Assembly (NCBI GenBank): GCA_021324735.1
Contig: JAJPIO010000006.1
Location: 15,667 to 79,666, forward strand
Length of the DNA stretch: 64,000 nt
DNA from: Bacteroidota bacterium
GTDB lineage: Bacteria; Bacteroidota; Ignavibacteria; Palsa-1295
Direction: 5' to 3'
The notes beneath the pieces were generated by a model. The model was not told the DNA's origin, made no database searches, and saw only the letters and a list, made by a program, of their open reading frames with translations. Of this stretch, positions 1 to 8,295 are shown piece by piece (the stretch's first letter is position 1; each line of letters begins with the position of its first letter). Made by a program: the position numbers and the translations under genes.

Positions 1-546
1 ATCGTTGTGCGTAGCCCAAACCTCGCCCATCGTCGTTACGACGTAGGTATCATCTCCTGCCGGATATGCAATATCGCCTTGCCAATTTGGCGATCCAGTA
101 CCAAGGTCCTTATTGCTCGTAAGCGAGCAGTCTCGTTCGCCCGTTTTGGAATCGTAAGTGGCAGTAAAGCCCATAATATGCATGTGCTTATCGGACGTCA
201 ACACATAATATAGCTGGGGACCGAAGAATGTCATTTTTGCCCATACTCCCTGCACTTCAATTCCGGAGCCTGGAGTCCAGAGACTGCTGGCATAAGCCTG
301 CCCATTTCTAGGATGAACCGTTCGATAGATGCCATTTACAGTTACAATGCAATCACTGCCGCCGAAATAATCGGCTGGACTTGGAAATGGGCCCGAAGGG
401 GGAATAGGCACAGTAAAGGAATTGACCGAGGGCTGACCTTGCGGCCCATCAAAACCCCACTGCGCATTCGTCGTGCGTACCATGAGCACAAAAAGTGATG
501 CGACTACTATAACTCTAAATTGCCGGGGAAAAGACGATGAAGACAT
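1..546 (-). CDS. secreted hypothetical protein, N-terminal part (gene runs off the window start)
   Basis: Minus-strand frame is open from an ATG (complement of 544-546) to position 1. Hand translation gives MSSSSFPRQFRVIVVASLFVLMVRTTNAQWGFDGPQ..., a typical signal peptide. It is absent from the ORF track only because no stop lies inside the window. Confidence 0.5.
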   Translation of the reverse strand, partial: MSSSSFPRQFRVIVVASLFVLMVRTTNAQWGFDGPQGQPSVNSFTVPIPPSGPFPSPADYFGGSDCIVTVNGIYRTVHPRNGQAYASSLWTPGSGIEVQGVWAKMTFFGPQLYYVLTSDKHMHIMGFTATYDSKTGERDCSLTSNKDLGTGSPNWQGDIAYPAGDDTYVVTTMGEVWATHND

Positions 547-685
547 AGCTATAGGGAAATATGATGATTAGGACACAGCTGATAATTGTAAGGGACCAAA
601 AATAACACGCTTTTATGATAATGCTTTAAAATCAAATAGGCCAGCTTAGCCCAGTGATAACGGCAAAGCGACGGAGGCGTAAATT

Positions 686-712
686 GCTTAAAGCAGATAA
701 AAAGACTGGGGA
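686..712 (-). terminator. intrinsic terminator-like hairpin after the Met-rich lipoprotein gene
   Basis: Seen in sequence: AAAAAGA-CTGGG-gagat-CCCAG-CCTTTTTAAT. It is a 5-6 bp GC stem with A/T runs on both sides, immediately downstream of the minus-strand gene that ends at 744. Confidence 0.4.
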
Positions 713-743
713 GATCCCAGCCTTTTTAATATAAATTCAACTT

Positions 744-1481
744 CTACATATCAAATCCATCCAGCTCGATCGTTGTCGTCTTAGCCGAAGCATCATAAGT
801 GATCTTGTAGGTAGCTGGGAATAAAGGCATCGGCATCCCGCTCATTCCGGACATCATCGTTGGCCGCTTTACAGCACCAGAAATATTCTTTTGTCCATCC
901 AGAGAGGCTTTGTCGCACATGAGCTCCATGAAATCCATAGAACCCATGGTAAAGCCATAGACGAAGGTACTGGTAAACGGATGGCCCGGCTGATATTCCG
1001 GTCCGCTCATATCGATCCAATGCACCCCCATCATCATTTCTGACATGCTATCCGTAGCATAGCCTGGTGGCATCGTCATCATCATCGGCGGCATCGTATC
1101 CTTTCCATCCATGATACCCATGCGTTGCGCCATATTATATAAGAAAAAATGTGGATCGATATGCGGATGATTGTAAGGCCAGGCGTCGTGTGTTGCATAA
1201 TCGAGAGCAATGCTCTTGAATTGTGTCGATACCCCAGACGGCATAGCAAGCTCGTACATGGAGTCGCTATTGCCAAGGCTCGTGAGCGCTGAATTTGTAA
1301 GAGTTACACCGACCGAGCTAATATTTCCTGAGCCATTCATTGTTATCCAGGTTGTAGCCGTGCCAGCGCCAACTACAGTTGGCGCGCTGGTGTACGTCTG
1401 TGATTGCGGGCCCGTCGAGCTTTTACAACCAAAGCTTGCGATAACTAAAATCAAATAGACTAAATAAACAGGTTTTTTCAT
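744..1481 (-). CDS. methionine-rich lipoprotein (putative periplasmic Cu/metal-binding protein)
   Basis: ORF of 245 aa. The lipoprotein signal is MKKPVYLVYLILVIASFGC. The C-terminal half is about 12% Met, with MxxM / MMM clusters (MPPMMMTMPPGY, SMSEMMMGVHWIDMSG, RPTMMSGMSGMPMP) and a His cluster (PYNHPHIDPHFF). Met-rich motifs of this kind occur in CopC, PcoA, CusF and CueO-type Cu(I) sites. Confidence 0.7.
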   Translation of the reverse strand: MKKPVYLVYLILVIASFGCKSSTGPQSQTYTSAPTVVGAGTATTWITMNGSGNISSVGVTLTNSALTSLGNSDSMYELAMPSGVSTQFKSIALDYATHDAWPYNHPHIDPHFFLYNMAQRMGIMDGKDTMPPMMMTMPPGYATDSMSEMMMGVHWIDMSGPEYQPGHPFTSTFVYGFTMGSMDFMELMCDKASLDGQKNISGAVKRPTMMSGMSGMPMPLFPATYKITYDASAKTTTIELDGFDM

Positions 1482-1529
1482 GGCTCTTACCGATTTGTAT
1501 TCGAACTTACATCACTTCCGTAAGTAATT

Positions 1530-3359
1530 TTACTGTACAACAAGTTTTATCCACTCGTTAGAAGTAATCGTCTGAACGTGGACGACATACACTCCTTGCG
1601 ACAATCCATTGCGGCATAGCAAACTAAACGACACCGTATTTACCGCTGGCGTTAAGAATCTGGAAGATCTGCAGTTGCCCAAGAGATCAAAGATCTCGAC
1701 TTGTTGAATGATATTGGAGGAGCAAATACTTTCTTTATCTAAATCAGCTACAGAAACAGGATTCGGAAAGATCTGCACTCTCGGTTGATTCCCCTGCTCT
1801 TTTGTAACGGCGCCTGTTGCTTCCGGATAAAGTGTTATACAAATTTCCTGAGACGCTGACGTTGAATCCCCAACACGAGAGACAGAATAGCAAACGGATG
1901 CCGTGTCATTTTGAGATGGCTCGTATGGATCGATCAAAATAGAAACAGGAAGAACAGAGTGAGGAGCAATACTTAAATTTTTACCCGAACCAAAAAGTCT
2001 GGTCGAATCCCCCAGCTTCTCCATGCTAAGGAACTGACCGCTCCTATTCTTTGCATCAAATGTAACCGAAAATGTGAAGAAAACCGAGTCGCTATTAGGA
2101 TTCGTGATCGCGCCGGAGAGGCTGTCCATCTTCACCCAGGACCACGTAAGCGGGCCTGTAGTATCGAGTGTAAACAATAGTGGCTGCGGACCCGCAGAAG
2201 TATCGAAGGTCGTTGGCACTCCATTCGAATCTACAATGAGACACCATAGATTTGAGTTTGCACCCGAATCCACACTACCAACGAGAATAAAATCGCTTCC
2301 CCGCTGGATCACGTCATATGCGTTAGTATTTATACCCGCCTGATACTTCTTCTGCCAACGAACATTCCCTTTAGAATCCGTGCGGATAAGATACGCCTGG
2401 GCTGGATCGGTGGCATTTGCAGAGTAATATCCAACTACCGCAAATCCGCCATCACTACACTCGATACCATTCCATCCCCAGGATGAACCATCACCATATA
2501 GCTTATCTACTATCTTGTTACCGACAGAGTCGATCACAAGCAGTCGTACTGCGCTCGTTGCAGGTGTTTGTTCGCCGCCAAAGATTGCAAAACCGCCTTC
2601 ATGTGTGGTGATCGCCCCGTATGGAGAATCACCTGTAGAGCTACTATATGCGAGCAGCTTTTTCCACATCACACGTCCATTGGAATCCACTCGTACCGCC
2701 CAGGTATTTTCGTTGCCACCCACTTCTGTGTGTCCGGCCAACATACAGCCGCCATCCGAGGTTAAGCTGCCACAGTGAGCATGTTCGTATGCATTAGAAT
2801 CCAACTCGTAAGTATGCTCCCACAGCTTATTCATACCGGTGTCAAGTCGTTGCAGGATCATTTCTCCGGTTGGGTCGCCTTCCGACTCTGTATGTCCGCC
2901 CCAGAAGTATCCGCCCTGCGGACGCTCAGCACACCAATGTGCGTGATCGGATCGAGCATAATCAACGTCGTATTGCTTCACGATTCGACCAACCGAATCG
3001 ATCTTAACGATCCATGCGGATTCATTGCCGGAAAATTGAACGCCCGTATATCCGGCGAGCAGGGCTCCTCCCTCCTTTGTTGGCTGGATCGACCAGAGAA
3101 AACTTTTATCGAAGCGCGTGTAAAGAGAATCCCATTTTATTACGCCATGCTTTGAGACTTTAACCACCCAAAAGACCGTATTGCCAAGCGTGTCATCACC
3201 GTGTCCTCCTATGAGGAAGCCACCGTCAGCAGTTGGTATTGCGCGGTACCCCTCGCTCGATGCTCCTCGGCTATAAATGAAACTTGACTGGGCCTTTAAA
3301 TTGCCAGACGCAATGATGATAAGAATAACGATCGCAAGAAAACGGGACAGGTACTTCAT
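1530..3359 (-). CDS. T9SS C-terminal-domain secreted protein with beta-propeller-like repeats
   Basis: 609 aa with signal peptide MKYLSRFLAIVILIIIASGNLKAQS. It has repeated GG(H/Y)T / W-containing blade-like motifs. The C-terminus (RVQIFPNPVSVADLD...VYVVHVQTITSNEWIKLVVQ) is a T9SS sorting domain. Confidence 0.75.
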   Translation of the reverse strand: MKYLSRFLAIVILIIIASGNLKAQSSFIYSRGASSEGYRAIPTADGGFLIGGHGDDTLGNTVFWVVKVSKHGVIKWDSLYTRFDKSFLWSIQPTKEGGALLAGYTGVQFSGNESAWIVKIDSVGRIVKQYDVDYARSDHAHWCAERPQGGYFWGGHTESEGDPTGEMILQRLDTGMNKLWEHTYELDSNAYEHAHCGSLTSDGGCMLAGHTEVGGNENTWAVRVDSNGRVMWKKLLAYSSSTGDSPYGAITTHEGGFAIFGGEQTPATSAVRLLVIDSVGNKIVDKLYGDGSSWGWNGIECSDGGFAVVGYYSANATDPAQAYLIRTDSKGNVRWQKKYQAGINTNAYDVIQRGSDFILVGSVDSGANSNLWCLIVDSNGVPTTFDTSAGPQPLLFTLDTTGPLTWSWVKMDSLSGAITNPNSDSVFFTFSVTFDAKNRSGQFLSMEKLGDSTRLFGSGKNLSIAPHSVLPVSILIDPYEPSQNDTASVCYSVSRVGDSTSASQEICITLYPEATGAVTKEQGNQPRVQIFPNPVSVADLDKESICSSNIIQQVEIFDLLGNCRSSRFLTPAVNTVSFSLLCRNGLSQGVYVVHVQTITSNEWIKLVVQ

Positions 3360-3469
3360 TGGACAAGAAGTTAGTTTAACGACAGGTTTGAAACAGGCCG
3401 TTTCATGATGCCGTGCCCTCCCATTTTCTTCCGCACTTAGAAGGCAAATTCGTCGTTCTATGCGGCAAT

Positions 3470-4330
3470 ATGGCTTGGTTTACACGATCGAAGCAGAATA
3501 TCGAGGCGAAACCCGTCGCTGGAGCGGAGGCTTCTTCGCGCCTGCCGGATGGCGTTTGGGCTAAGTGCTCGGAATGCAAAGAGATGCTCTACAAAAAGGT
3601 CATTGAAGAGAATCTCTTTACGTGCCCTAATTGCAATAAGCATTTCCGAATCGGCAGCCGAGAATATTTTTCAATATTGCTTGACAACGGCCTCGAAGAA
3701 GAGATCGCATCGGAACTCCGTCCGGCCGATCCATTATCGTTTGTTGATTCGAAGCCGTACAAGGCGCGTATCGCAGAAGCGGAGCGGAAAACTCATTTGA
3801 AAGAAGCTCTTCGCGTAGGACTCGGTCATATCGAGAGCCGGCCAGTCGCAATGGGTGTCATGGATTTTGCCTATGTTGGTGGCTCCATGGGCGCAGTGAT
3901 CGGAGAAAAATTTTCCCGCGCGATCGATAGGGCGATCGCAGACCGTCGACCATATATTATGGTCTCGAGTTCTGGCGGAGCGCGTATGCAGGAGGCAGCA
4001 ATATCCCTTATGCAGATGGCAAAGACCAGCGCAAAGTTGGCGCAATTTGCCGAAGCGCGACTTCCCTATATCTCCGTTCTCACCGATCCTACGACCGGTG
4101 GTGTTACTGCCAGCTTTGCGATGCTCGGTGATGTGAATATCGCGGAGCCAAAAGCACTTATTGCTTTTGCCGGACCACGTGTTGTTGAGCAAACAATTCG
4201 CAAAAAACTTCCACCAGGATTCCAGCGCTCCGAGTTTTTGCTCGAGCATGGATTCGTCGATATTATCTCGCACCGTAAAGAATTGAAGCGCACCATTGCG
4301 AACGTCCTTTCGCATATGGCCACTGACTGA
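3470..4330 (+). CDS. accD: acetyl-CoA carboxylase carboxyltransferase subunit beta
   Basis: Zn-ribbon CxxC...CxxC (CSECKEMLY...CPNCNKH) plus the carboxyltransferase motif MDFAYVGGSMGAVIGEKF. The start is set at MAWFTRSKQN, which matches the AccD N-terminus MSWIERIK; the track ORF starts 57 nt upstream. Confidence 0.9.
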   Translation: MAWFTRSKQNIEAKPVAGAEASSRLPDGVWAKCSECKEMLYKKVIEENLFTCPNCNKHFRIGSREYFSILLDNGLEEEIASELRPADPLSFVDSKPYKARIAEAERKTHLKEALRVGLGHIESRPVAMGVMDFAYVGGSMGAVIGEKFSRAIDRAIADRRPYIMVSSSGGARMQEAAISLMQMAKTSAKLAQFAEARLPYISVLTDPTTGGVTASFAMLGDVNIAEPKALIAFAGPRVVEQTIRKKLPPGFQRSEFLLEHGFVDIISHRKELKRTIANVLSHMATD

Positions 4331-4339
4331 AGTACCTGT

Positions 4340-5425
4340 ATGCAGCAAAATGAAGCTCGTAGAATCCGAATTATCGGATTCCCTATGGACCTTGGCGTAG
4401 AACGGAAGATATCACCAGATACGGGCACAGACGTTAACCTTAAACGACGTGGTGTCGATATGGGCCCATCCGCACTTCGCATGGCCGGACTTTCGGAGCA
4501 GCTTCGGCATCTGGGGCACACCGTTATCGATATGGAGGTCGGTGCTGCAAATGGTGATAGCGGAAAAAGGCCTGCCCAGATTATTGATATTCCCATCGAG
4601 ACGGCCGAAACATTAGCAGCTCAAGGCAATATCGATCACCGAGATGCGATCGCCGATGCCTGCAACAAGCTATGCCGGACGGTAGAAGACTGTCTGTCTC
4701 ACGGCGAATTTCCTCTGGTGCTTGGCGGCGATCATGCGATGGCGATCGGCACGGTCGCCGGTATTGCGAATCATTGCCGACAAACGAATCAGAAACTCGG
4801 CGTATTATGGGTGGATGCCCACGCTGATATTAATACCCCGCAGTCATCAAAATCGCAGAATGTCCATGGTATGCCGGTAGCGGTGATCATAGGGCAAGGC
4901 GATTTGCGGCTGACCTCTGTCGGCGGCAATTTTCCGAAGCTCGATCCCGAATGTCTTGTCTATATAGGCTTGCGAGATGTGGAGCATGAATCCGAATGGC
5001 AAAAGAATCATCCGGGACAAAAGCCGAACACCGAAGAAATGAGCGAGGTAGACCGTCTGAAGGCCCTTGGTCTGCATGGTGATTCAGAGACCCGATCCTT
5101 TACCATGTCTAAAGTGGATGAGTTAGGCATCAGCGAAGTAATTAGCCGCTCACTCGAACACATGCAAAAGATCGGCGTGACATATTTGCACGTTAGCTTC
5201 GACCTCGATTCTGTCGACCCGATATATGCCCCGGGTGTTGGTACACCGGTACCGGGCGGGTTGACCAATCGTGAAGCGCATTCTATTATGGAGGCCATTG
5301 CTCTTTCCCCCATCTTCAAATCTCTTGAAATTGCGGAGGTCAATCCCATTCTCGATGAGCGAAATAAAAGTGCGGAATTAGCGGTCGATCTCATTGCCAG
5401 CAGTATGGGAAAGAAAATTCTTTAG
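4340..5425 (+). CDS. rocF: arginase-family hydrolase (arginase/agmatinase-like)
   Basis: All three ureohydrolase metal-binding motifs are present: GGDHAMAIG, DAHADINTP and SFDLDSVDP. 361 aa with an insertion relative to canonical arginase. Confidence 0.78.
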   Translation: MQQNEARRIRIIGFPMDLGVERKISPDTGTDVNLKRRGVDMGPSALRMAGLSEQLRHLGHTVIDMEVGAANGDSGKRPAQIIDIPIETAETLAAQGNIDHRDAIADACNKLCRTVEDCLSHGEFPLVLGGDHAMAIGTVAGIANHCRQTNQKLGVLWVDAHADINTPQSSKSQNVHGMPVAVIIGQGDLRLTSVGGNFPKLDPECLVYIGLRDVEHESEWQKNHPGQKPNTEEMSEVDRLKALGLHGDSETRSFTMSKVDELGISEVISRSLEHMQKIGVTYLHVSFDLDSVDPIYAPGVGTPVPGGLTNREAHSIMEAIALSPIFKSLEIAEVNPILDERNKSAELAVDLIASSMGKKIL

Positions 5426-5428
5426 GCG

Positions 5429-6286
5429 ATGCGCACCATCACTACTATCACTGAACTGCGTCGTGCACTTGCTCTTCAACGGGAGCAAGGTAAACGTATT
5501 GGTTTTGTACCGACAATGGGTGCGCTTCACGATGGACATCTCTCTCTCGTTCGCCAGTCGAAGCAGCAGCTGGATGTTACCGTCGTTAGCGTCTTCGTCA
5601 ATCCAACACAATTTGGTCCGAACGAAGACTTCTCTCGATACCCTCGCACCCTCGATGCAGACGCCGGACTTTTGGTCGATGAGGACGTTGAATTTCTATT
5701 TCTCCCCTCGGTCGAGGAAATGTATCCACCGGGTAATGCGACTCGAATCCATGTTGGGCAACTAGGGAGCATTTTTGAAGGGGCCATTCGGCCCGGCCAT
5801 TTTGATGGAGTGGCTACCGTAGTTACCCTTTTGTTCAATGCCGTCCAACCCGATACTGCGTACTTCGGCCAAAAGGATCTGCAGCAAGTTGCGGTCATTC
5901 GGCAACTGGTTCGTGATCTTGCCTTTCCTATCGAGATCAAAATTGGAGCAACCATCCGAGAGCCGGATGGCCTCGCCATGAGTTCGAGGAATCGATACCT
6001 AAGCGTGCGTGAGCGAGAGGAATCGCTTGCGCTTTCGAAAACGCTCTTCCTTGTGCGAGATCTCATCCATAAGGGTGCCTCGATCGATGAAGCGAAAATC
6101 ATTGGAAATCGTGAGTTTCAGCGCATTTCGCCCAGTGGAAGGCTCGATTATCTTGCAGTAGTGGATATCGAAACATTTCGAGAAGTGACCTCGTTTGAGC
6201 GCGAAGATAGGCCAGAATGGCCCAGTGCGATCATTATTGCAGCCCAAATTGGATCAACCCGGCTGATCGATAATGTCCTAATTTGA
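5429..6286 (+). CDS. panC: pantoate--beta-alanine ligase
   Basis: GFVPTMGALHDGHLSL (the HIGH-like motif of pantothenate synthetase) and overall PanC architecture, 285 aa. Confidence 0.9.
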   Translation: MRTITTITELRRALALQREQGKRIGFVPTMGALHDGHLSLVRQSKQQLDVTVVSVFVNPTQFGPNEDFSRYPRTLDADAGLLVDEDVEFLFLPSVEEMYPPGNATRIHVGQLGSIFEGAIRPGHFDGVATVVTLLFNAVQPDTAYFGQKDLQQVAVIRQLVRDLAFPIEIKIGATIREPDGLAMSSRNRYLSVREREESLALSKTLFLVRDLIHKGASIDEAKIIGNREFQRISPSGRLDYLAVVDIETFREVTSFEREDRPEWPSAIIIAAQIGSTRLIDNVLI

Positions 6287-6300
6287 AAGGAGCCCAATAC

Positions 6301-6690
6301 ATGAAGCGAATTTTGTTCAAATCGAAGGTCCACCGCGCCACTGTGACGCAGGCGGAGCTTTACTATGAAGGCTCGCTTACGTTGGACGCCGATCTCATGC
6401 GTGCAGCCGATATGCTGCCCTACGAAAAAGTAGCTATCGTCAACAATAACAATGGCGAGCGCTTCGAGACCTATCTGATCGAAGGACCCGCCGGCTCCGG
6501 TGTCGTATGCCTGAATGGTGCTGCCGCTCGTAAGGGAGCTGTAGGCGATGAGATCATCATCATTACCTATGGCGAGTACGAGGATGCTGAAGAACTTCGG
6601 TACCATCAGCCGACCATAGTTCAAGTCGATAAGTCTAATAAAGTTAAGAAGATAACGAACGCAACTCCAGCGTTTTCTCTGGCCAATTAA
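6301..6690 (+). CDS. panD: aspartate 1-decarboxylase
   Basis: MKRILFKSKVHRATVTQAELYYEGSLTLD matches the PanD N-terminus, including the Gly-Ser self-cleavage site context (YEGS). The start is taken at the internal MKRILF. Confidence 0.85.
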   Translation: MKRILFKSKVHRATVTQAELYYEGSLTLDADLMRAADMLPYEKVAIVNNNNGERFETYLIEGPAGSGVVCLNGAAARKGAVGDEIIIITYGEYEDAEELRYHQPTIVQVDKSNKVKKITNATPAFSLAN

Positions 6691-6714
6691 GCTACTAAGA
6701 CCTCTCTTCCAAGC

Positions 6715-7488
6715 TTGCCGACCGATACCACTACTCGCCCGCTCGCCGCAGTTATTATGGCTGCAGGACAAGGCAAGCGGATGCAAGATCCATCCAAAGC
6801 TAAGGTTCTTTATACCGTAGGCAGTGTGCCGATGGTAGGGCATGTTGTTCACCTCTGCAAGGAGATCGGCGCCGAGCCGGTCGTTTGCATTATTGGCTTC
6901 GGCCGCGAGCAGGTTTCCGCATATCTCTCCTCCACCTTCACGAATGTCAGGACCGCCGTTCAGGAGGAGCAGTTGGGTACCGCTCATGCCGTTCAACAGG
7001 CTCGTCGCGCGCTCGAGGGATTCGACGGTGATGTGCTCATTCTCTCCGGTGATGTTCCCCTTCTCACGAAAGCCACCACCGAGAAGCTCATTGGCGAACA
7101 CCGTGCGAAGCAAGCGATCGCTACCGTACTTGCCGTGAAGTTGGATAACCCAACCGGCTATGGCCGCATCATTCGCTCGGCAGGTGGAAGCCTGGAGAAG
7201 ATCGTGGAGGAGCGAGATGCAACCGATGAGGAGCGTAAAGTACAGGAGATTAATACCGGTATTTACATCTTCGATTCCGGCGTGCTCTTTTCCGTGCTCG
7301 ACCGCATCGGCAAGAAAAATGCACAGGGCGAATACTACCTGACCGACGCCTTCGAACTTCTCATTGCGCAGTTCGGAGTTGGCTCCATTGCCGTGGTTAC
7401 GACGCAAGACCCAATTGAAGCGAGCGGCGTAAATACGAAAGACCAACTCGCGGCCCTCGAAGCCGAATATCTTCGCCGGGCTCACTGA
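6715..7488 (+). CDS. sugar-1-phosphate nucleotidyltransferase (GlmU N-terminal uridylyltransferase-like domain only)
   Basis: AVIMAAGQGKRM (the G-x-G-x-R-M NTP-transferase signature), TAHAV, LSGDVPLL and EYYLTD mirror the GlmU pyrophosphorylase domain. There are no left-handed beta-helix hexapeptide repeats; the ORF stops at 257 aa. Confidence 0.7.
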   Translation: MPTDTTTRPLAAVIMAAGQGKRMQDPSKAKVLYTVGSVPMVGHVVHLCKEIGAEPVVCIIGFGREQVSAYLSSTFTNVRTAVQEEQLGTAHAVQQARRALEGFDGDVLILSGDVPLLTKATTEKLIGEHRAKQAIATVLAVKLDNPTGYGRIIRSAGGSLEKIVEERDATDEERKVQEINTGIYIFDSGVLFSVLDRIGKKNAQGEYYLTDAFELLIAQFGVGSIAVVTTQDPIEASGVNTKDQLAALEAEYLRRAH

Positions 7489-7614
7489 TCGCACAAACGG
7501 CGAATTTCTCTCTCGTCCCACGCTCGCGATTCCCTCACACCCAAAGGCACACTTCTTGGCCTTTACGACCGATCGTAAACTTTAGGCAACTGTAGGTTAA
7601 CTCTGAATCATTTT

Positions 7615-8142
7615 ATGAAGCATAATTTATCGCACTACTTTCGTACGCCTCTCTTCTTCAGCACTTCACTGTTACTGGTTCTTGCAATGGCCGGCTGTTC
7701 CGCCACCACATCCCCTACCGGGACGACGGAGACGGAAAGCAGTATGGTCGCAATGGTCAATGGGTTCGATTGGTCATCGACCGTGATCCCTCCTGATATT
7801 TCGGGTGGTGCATCGGCTACAATGGATGGCACGGGCGCTCTCACGGTAACCGGTACCTCGACCTCACATGGCTCGATCGCGCTCGTACTCCTTCACCCGC
7901 ACGTGGGTCTGGACACGCTGGGCATAGGAAGTTCAGGCTCGTATATTTCAGAGGACAACCACGCATACCTCACCGTGGGCCAGAACCAAGGCATCGTGAA
8001 TCTGACCACGTTCGATCCGGTCCATCACCTGGCGAGCGGGACATTCTACTTTACGGCTCAACGCACCGATTCGGCCGCCAATCCCGCCACCACACAAGTG
8101 ACGAACGGCTCCTTTTTCAATGTGGAGTGGAAGGCGCAGTAG
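7615..8142 (+). CDS. hypothetical lipoprotein
   Basis: Signal peptide with lipobox (LLLVLAMAGCS). Thr/Ser/Gly-rich, 175 aa. Confidence 0.6.
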   Translation: MKHNLSHYFRTPLFFSTSLLLVLAMAGCSATTSPTGTTETESSMVAMVNGFDWSSTVIPPDISGGASATMDGTGALTVTGTSTSHGSIALVLLHPHVGLDTLGIGSSGSYISEDNHAYLTVGQNQGIVNLTTFDPVHHLASGTFYFTAQRTDSAANPATTQVTNGSFFNVEWKAQ

Positions 8143-8190
8143 GTTTTATAACTTCGCTATATCCCTCGCAATCGGCGCAAAATTCAACCA

Positions 8191-8290
8191 GCCGTACCCT
8201 GAAGGGTACGGCTACGAAATTTGAGAGGCCGTACCCTAAAGGGTACGGCTACGAAATTTGAGAGGCCGTACCCTAAAGGGTACGGCTACA
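8191..8290. repeat. tandem 37-bp hairpin repeat (2.7 copies) between convergent genes
   Basis: The unit is gCCGTACCCt(g/a)aaGGGTACGGctacgaaatttgagag at 8191-8227 and 8228-8264, with a partial third copy at 8265-8290. Each unit holds a perfect 8-bp stem CCGTACCC/GGGTACGG. The units are contiguous with no spacers, so this is not a CRISPR array. Confidence 0.8.
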
Positions 8291-8295
8291 GATGT

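Noticed and set aside
3734-4596. Two minus-strand ORFs (204 and 176 aa)
   Set aside because: Antisense to accD and to the arginase-family start. No domains recognisable.
6148-7521. 457-aa minus-strand ORF
   Set aside because: Antisense shadow of the nucleotidyltransferase/panD genes. It has junk-like composition and no motifs, while the plus-strand genes carry clear PanD and GlmU-N signatures.
8191-8290. Possible CRISPR array
   Set aside because: The repeats are directly contiguous with no unique spacers, and no cas genes are present.
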